The notes below the pieces were generated by a model. That model saw only the letters and a list, made by a program, of their open reading frames with translations. It was not told the DNA's origin and did not search any database. Positions 61,701-64,000 of a DNA stretch of 64,000 nt are shown here, piece after piece. Source of the stretch: Lama guanicoe. Lineage: Eukaryota. The stretch's first letter is position 1, and each line of letters begins with the position of its first letter. The stretch is taken from positions 6,905,957-6,969,956 of the forward strand of contig MU053881.1 in the NCBI GenBank assembly GCA_013239625.1, read 5' to 3'. Position numbers and translations under genes: made by a program.

Positions 61701-63710
61701 TCTTAGAGATGTGGTCACTGCGTGATGGGGAAGACACAGCACAGTCACCTCATGAGAAAGCCCAGTGCATTCCAGCTTCAGGAATGTTCTGAGCAAAGGC
61801 AGGTGGGTTCAGAGCCATAGGGACATAGAGGAGATGAGGTTGAAAATGAGGGCAACATCACATTCCTGAAGCTCCCCATCTCTGGAAGGACTGACACTTG
61901 TTGTCATGAAGATCCAGAAGTCGTATATTCTTGGACCAGAGGAGACGTGGTGGCAGCAGTGTCCAAGACTGATTTCATTTTGGGGATTCCCTGAGTCCAT
62001 GCGTATTCATCTAGCAACCCATCGCTAGGACTCCCTCCCAGCTGGCCAATTGGAATGAGTGGTTCTGCCTTATCTCAAAGGTAGGACTAAGGACAGCAAA
62101 CTTTTGTTGAGCACTCAACACACCAGGCGCAAGCAGTGACTAATTTAATGCTCCCAACAACGCCTGAGAAAGTGCTCTTTCATCACCACCGTGCTGGCCT
62201 AACAAAACAAGTCCAAGTTGGCAATTTTGGTTTTCTAGTCAATGGCAAAATCATTTTTGTCCCTCGGAACATCATTTATTATCTGAAGAGGAGAGTAAAT
62301 AGCCCCTCCCTTATCTATTTCACAAGGTTGTCCTAAAGATAAACGTGCCGAACCGTGCGGACACACCTTAGAAACTATGTTATAGATCATTAAGGTTGCA
62401 TTGCTTTTAAGCGTGGCCGCTACAGAGCACAGCCCCAAAGAAGGCGGGGCTTTGGGTCAGACAGACCCAATTAGGGGCTGGATCTATTTCGTAAACCTTG
62501 GCAAGTTAGGGATCCCTCCTGAGCAGCACGTTTCCATCTGTAAAATGAGGATGTTAAATTCTTGAAGGGTTGTTAGAATTGGATGGAATATCACGTGTGA
62601 GTCTTTGGGACACACCGTAGATGTTTGTGTATCTTCAGGCCCTTTGAGACACTTCAGAACCTATTTTATGTGTATACATAAAGAGTGTCTCGGGTTGGAG
62701 TGTCCTTAAATGATCGTTTGTATTAAGAAATCATAAATTACTTGGCAGGTTCTGCTGTCTCCATTGTATCTTTATTATGGAGGCACAAAACTGCTAAAGA
62801 AAGAAGACATTTCTATGATTGAAAAATACAGTTCTTATAGGACTTCTGCTTTGATGATAGGTTAATATCTTTTTTTTTCTTTCTTCCCCTTACCAGGATG
62901 AAGATGATGGTATGTTCAGAAAGGCTTTCTTACAACTTATAACCCATCCCTTCATTTTTATGCTCAGGCATTCAGAAACCCCATTGAATCCATTATGATT
63001 GTTAAATCAGTATTAAGTAGACATTATGTCAGTTGGTATATTGCCTAACTATAATAAAATGGAATTACTTGGCTGAGTTACCAAGGAGAACTGTTAAGTT
63101 CATGCCTAGCAGTGTGAATTACTTACTAGTAAAGCAACATTAAAAACCGCATGTACAGTTTGATAGAAAACATTCTAGTGTTTATGCTTTATAACACATG
63201 GATAAAGGACCCCTGCAGATGAATGACATAGCATTAAAAAATTCGGCTTTTGTAAAACAAAACTTGTGAATCATTTCTGAAATTCATATGGTTTCCATTT
63301 GACAATTTTCTGCCAAGTTAACATTTCAAAAATGAAAAAAATGTGTATTATGGAGAACGATGTATCATGGCAGCATTTTAAAATGCACTCTAAGGTGGTA
63401 ACCATCTAGAAAAACCTTGGGGAGAGGGGCTTCCATCCTGCCACTTCCTAATGACATTCGATCTTTTGCATTTTTCTATCTCCCTTTAGACCAACTGTTT
63501 CTAACTGGGGAGCAGTTCTGGGATGTTCCTGTGACACTTGGATTCTGACTATCTGCTTTCTTTTCTTTTTTCCCCCACAGTGCATCAGAGACCTCTGCCC
63601 CCGCCAGCACCACATGCCATGAACTCCAACACCTTCCCTGCAAGATCTACCAAGCCGTCGCCCAAGCACTCCCTCCCATCACCCCACCTGCCCGGAGCCT
63701 TCTCAGAAAG
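28977..63710 (+). CDS. LCP2: Lymphocyte cytosolic protein 2 (SLP-76), coding exons 1-16, 3'-partial (SH2 exons outside window)
   Basis: 16 exons of 78,63,47,66,32,38,199,95,67,84,26,20,111,31,13,130 nt, all GT-AG with compatible phases, giving 1100 nt of open frame MAFRNVPFRSEV...HLPGAFSE that closely matches recalled human SLP-76. Confidence 0.98.
32025..32087 (+). CDS. LCP2: LCP2 exon 2 (LNYKDCEKAVRKYHIDGLRFL)
   Basis: Acceptor ttgcag|, donor TTG|gtaagt, 63 nt, phase 0-0. Confidence 0.97.
32365..32399. repeat. (CA)n microsatellite, intron 2
   Basis: Direct reading. Confidence 0.95.
34380..34930 (-). mobile_element. Old MLT1-type LTR, intron 2
   Basis: gtaacagaaacctaacc...tccagaggtgggca...caaaatggct...catcacgtctgcattccaggcagga. 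Confidence 0.6.
36640..36948. mobile_element. MER102-like element abutting the exon 3 acceptor
   Basis: aagatctggcaacacc...cagtttgccacagtccccactgctccctattg. Confidence 0.7.
36967..37013 (+). CDS. LCP2: LCP2 exon 3 (NLAENDIQKFPKLRVP)
   Basis: Acceptor tttcag|, donor GCC|gtaagt, 47 nt. Confidence 0.97.
37600..38085. mobile_element. MER102-like element, opposite orientation to the 36640 copy
   Basis: acaatagggagtggtggagactgtgg...actcagctccag. Confidence 0.7.
38354..38520. mobile_element. MER3-like MITE
   Basis: ctagccacatatggctatttaaatttaaa...ctagccacatttcaagggctcaatagcca. Confidence 0.7.
38820..40500 (+). mobile_element. Degenerate L1M 5'UTR/ORF1 region inserted into a third MER102-like copy (38560-38820, 40500-40550)
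   Basis: ORF1-like A-rich sequence (gcagattaaacgctgcagaagaaa...atatttgaagaagtaacggctgaaaattgttcaaa...gatccaagaagctgaacaaac) broken by stops. Confidence 0.75.
41900..42148 (+). mobile_element. Short cetartiodactyl-type L1 3' end inserted into a MIR
   Basis: gggattagcagatacaaactactatata...aacaaggtcctactgtatagcacagggaactata...gtaaatcaactctacttcaattaaaa. Confidence 0.8.
43826..43906. repeat. (CTC)n/(CATCTC) pyrimidine-rich low-complexity tract
   Basis: Direct reading. Confidence 0.85.
46936..47001 (+). CDS. LCP2: LCP2 exon 4 (ILSKLSQEINKNEERRSIFTRK)
   Basis: Acceptor ttatag|, donor CAA|gtgagt, 66 nt. Confidence 0.96.
47420..47451 (+). CDS. LCP2: LCP2 exon 5 (PQVQRFPEET)
   Basis: Acceptor ttgcag|, donor CAG|gtgagt, 32 nt. 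Confidence 0.96.
47603..47638. repeat. 18-bp tandem duplication GGGGTGCATGGAAGA(C/A)CC
   Basis: Two adjacent copies, 17/18 identical. Confidence 0.9.
48015..48052 (+). CDS. LCP2: LCP2 exon 6 (ESHEEDNGGWSSF)
   Basis: Acceptor ccacag|, donor TTT|gtgagt, 38 nt. Confidence 0.96.
48528..48715 (-). mobile_element. tRNA-Ala-derived SINE (camelid Vic-1 type) with (TG)n/(TTTG)n tail
   Basis: Minus strand GGGGAGGGTATAGCTCAAG...GAGGTCCTGGGTTCAATCCCCAGTACCTCC; TSD CTGATCTAATTGG (48515) / CTGATCCAATTGG (48717). Confidence 0.88.
50822..51020 (+). CDS. LCP2: LCP2 exon 7, acidic region with Y113 (50834), Y128 (50879), Y145 (50930), Y173 (51014)
   Basis: EEDDYESPNDDPDGEDDGDYESPNEEEEAPVEDDADYEPPPSNDEEALQNSILPAKPFSNSNSMYI; acceptor cggcag|, donor TAG|gtaagg, 199 nt. 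Confidence 0.98.
52673..52705. repeat. (TG)n microsatellite, intron 7
   Basis: Direct reading. Confidence 0.95.
53147..53241 (+). CDS. LCP2: LCP2 exon 8 (DRPPSGKAQQPPVPPQRPMAALPPPPSGRAHT), proline-rich region
   Basis: Acceptor ccgcag|, donor ACG|gtaggc, 95 nt. Confidence 0.96.
53612..53630 (-). promoter_or_regulatory. Candidate CTCF site, intron 8
   Basis: Minus strand TGGCCAGCAGGTGGCGCAA versus consensus TGGCCACCAGGGGGCGCTA. Confidence 0.7.
53716..53866 (-). mobile_element. Second, more diverged tRNA-Ala-derived SINE (Vic-1 type)
   Basis: gggggattgaactcaggaccttgtgcatgctaagtatgtgctcttctactgagctataccttccc; same architecture as the 48528 copy. Confidence 0.85.
53921..54749 (+). mobile_element. 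Tigger1-derived element with TA TSDs, interrupted by an LTR
   Basis: ta|caggcacacctc...gaggtgtgtctg|ta; aligns with the 21553 copy on both sides of the insert. Confidence 0.85.
54167..54676 (-). mobile_element. ERV1-class (MER4-group-like) solo LTR
   Basis: TG...CA ends, 4-bp TSD ctgg/ctag, AATAAA on the minus strand near 54220, 510 bp. Confidence 0.75.
55070..55765 (-). mobile_element. L2 LINE remnant, intron 8
   Basis: ttcattcaatcgacacatgcttattgaaca...aacattccaggcagaggaaaacacaagtacagag. Confidence 0.7.
55799..55865 (+). CDS. LCP2: LCP2 exon 9 (PLPQPQPNHEEPSRSRNQKTAK)
   Basis: Acceptor aagcag| (NAGNAG), donor AGC|gtaagt, 67 nt. Confidence 0.94.
55966..56049 (+). CDS. LCP2: LCP2 exon 10 (LPAPSIDRSTKPPLDRSLAPFDREPFTP), Gads SH3-binding RxxK motif
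   Basis: Acceptor ttccag|, donor CAG|gttcgt, 84 nt; 100-nt intron 9. Confidence 0.97.
56754..57090 (+). mobile_element. MER2-like (Tigger family) DNA transposon
   Basis: ta|cagtcatgcctcattatctgtgaggggg...ttccaggacccccgtggatatcaaaatc...gatgctcaagtcccttatataaaa. Confidence 0.8.
59161..59186 (+). CDS. LCP2: LCP2 exon 11 (GKKPVIPDK)
   Basis: Acceptor ttacag|, donor AAG|gtaagc, 26 nt. Confidence 0.93.
59279..59298 (+). CDS. LCP2: LCP2 exon 12 (PSTPAGR)
   Basis: Acceptor ttgcag|, donor AAG|gtgagt, 20 nt. Confidence 0.93.
59392..59502 (+). CDS. LCP2: LCP2 exon 13 (PLGENLPKIQKPPLPPTLERLDRGSSPLPGKKPPVPK)
   Basis: Acceptor ctgcag|, donor CAA|gtaact, 111 nt. Confidence 0.95.
60744..60774 (+). CDS. 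LCP2: LCP2 exon 14 (HGWGPDRREN)
   Basis: Acceptor tttcag|, donor AAT|gtaagt, 31 nt. Confidence 0.96.
62897..62909 (+). CDS. LCP2: LCP2 exon 15, 13-nt microexon (DEDD)
   Basis: Long polypyrimidine tract then taccag|GATGAAGATGATG|gtatgt; needed to keep the frame between exons 14 and 16. Confidence 0.93.
63581..63710 (+). CDS. LCP2: LCP2 exon 16 (VHQRPLPPPAPHAMNSNTFPARSTKPSPKHSLPSPHLPGAFSE)
   Basis: Acceptor ccacag|, donor AAG|gtttgt, 130 nt. Confidence 0.96.
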
Positions 63711-64000
63711 GTTTGTGCTGACGCCATAGTCTGTGTTCTAACGTGAGTTCTAACTTAGGTTAATGTCTGGGGCCACTGATACTGAGCTAATAACATCAGG
63801 TGGGTTGACGAAGAAAGAAATGAGCCAGTGGTCGGAGGGTCAGAATATTTGGGGTCTTAAGAAACAAAACCAAGCTGAGCATAAAGAACCACATGTGTTA
63901 ACTCTCTGCCGTCCTCTGAACCTCTGTGGGTCAGAGGGGTACAGAACCGACAGCCTGTTGCGGCTCCAGATGGAATGGACTCTTTGGCAGGAAATGGGGA

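Noticed and set aside
1..64000. CRISPR arrays, operons or other prokaryote-type systems
   Set aside because: The sequence is mammalian intron-exon DNA with no regularly spaced repeat-spacer structure

Overview
Mammalian genomic DNA, most likely a camelid judging by two tRNA-Ala-derived SINEs of the camelid Vic-1 type and no recognisable Alu, B1, Bov-tA or PRE-1. It contains the 5' two-thirds of LCP2 (SLP-76) on the + strand. Coding exons 1-16 (28977-63710) join through canonical GT-AG sites into 1100 nt of uninterrupted CDS: SAM domain, Y113/Y128/Y145/Y173 motifs, proline-rich region and the Gads-binding PSIDRSTKP motif. The SH2-domain exons lie beyond the window. The first ~29 kb is intergenic, with old repeats (L1M, L2, MIR, MLT1, MER21, Tigger1, MER102, MER3, MER5) and several immune-type TF motif clusters. 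I found no evidence for a new protein-coding gene or a novel multi-gene system; the non-LCP2 ORFs look spurious. The best leads are regulatory: a 34-position inverted duplex from two MER102-like copies that would loop out exon 3, a 5'UTR uORF, a near-consensus intronic CTCF site, candidate enhancers, and an in-frame skippable Gads-binding exon. Repeat family names and human SLP-76 comparisons come from recalled sequences, not from a search, and repeat boundaries are approximate unless a TSD is given.
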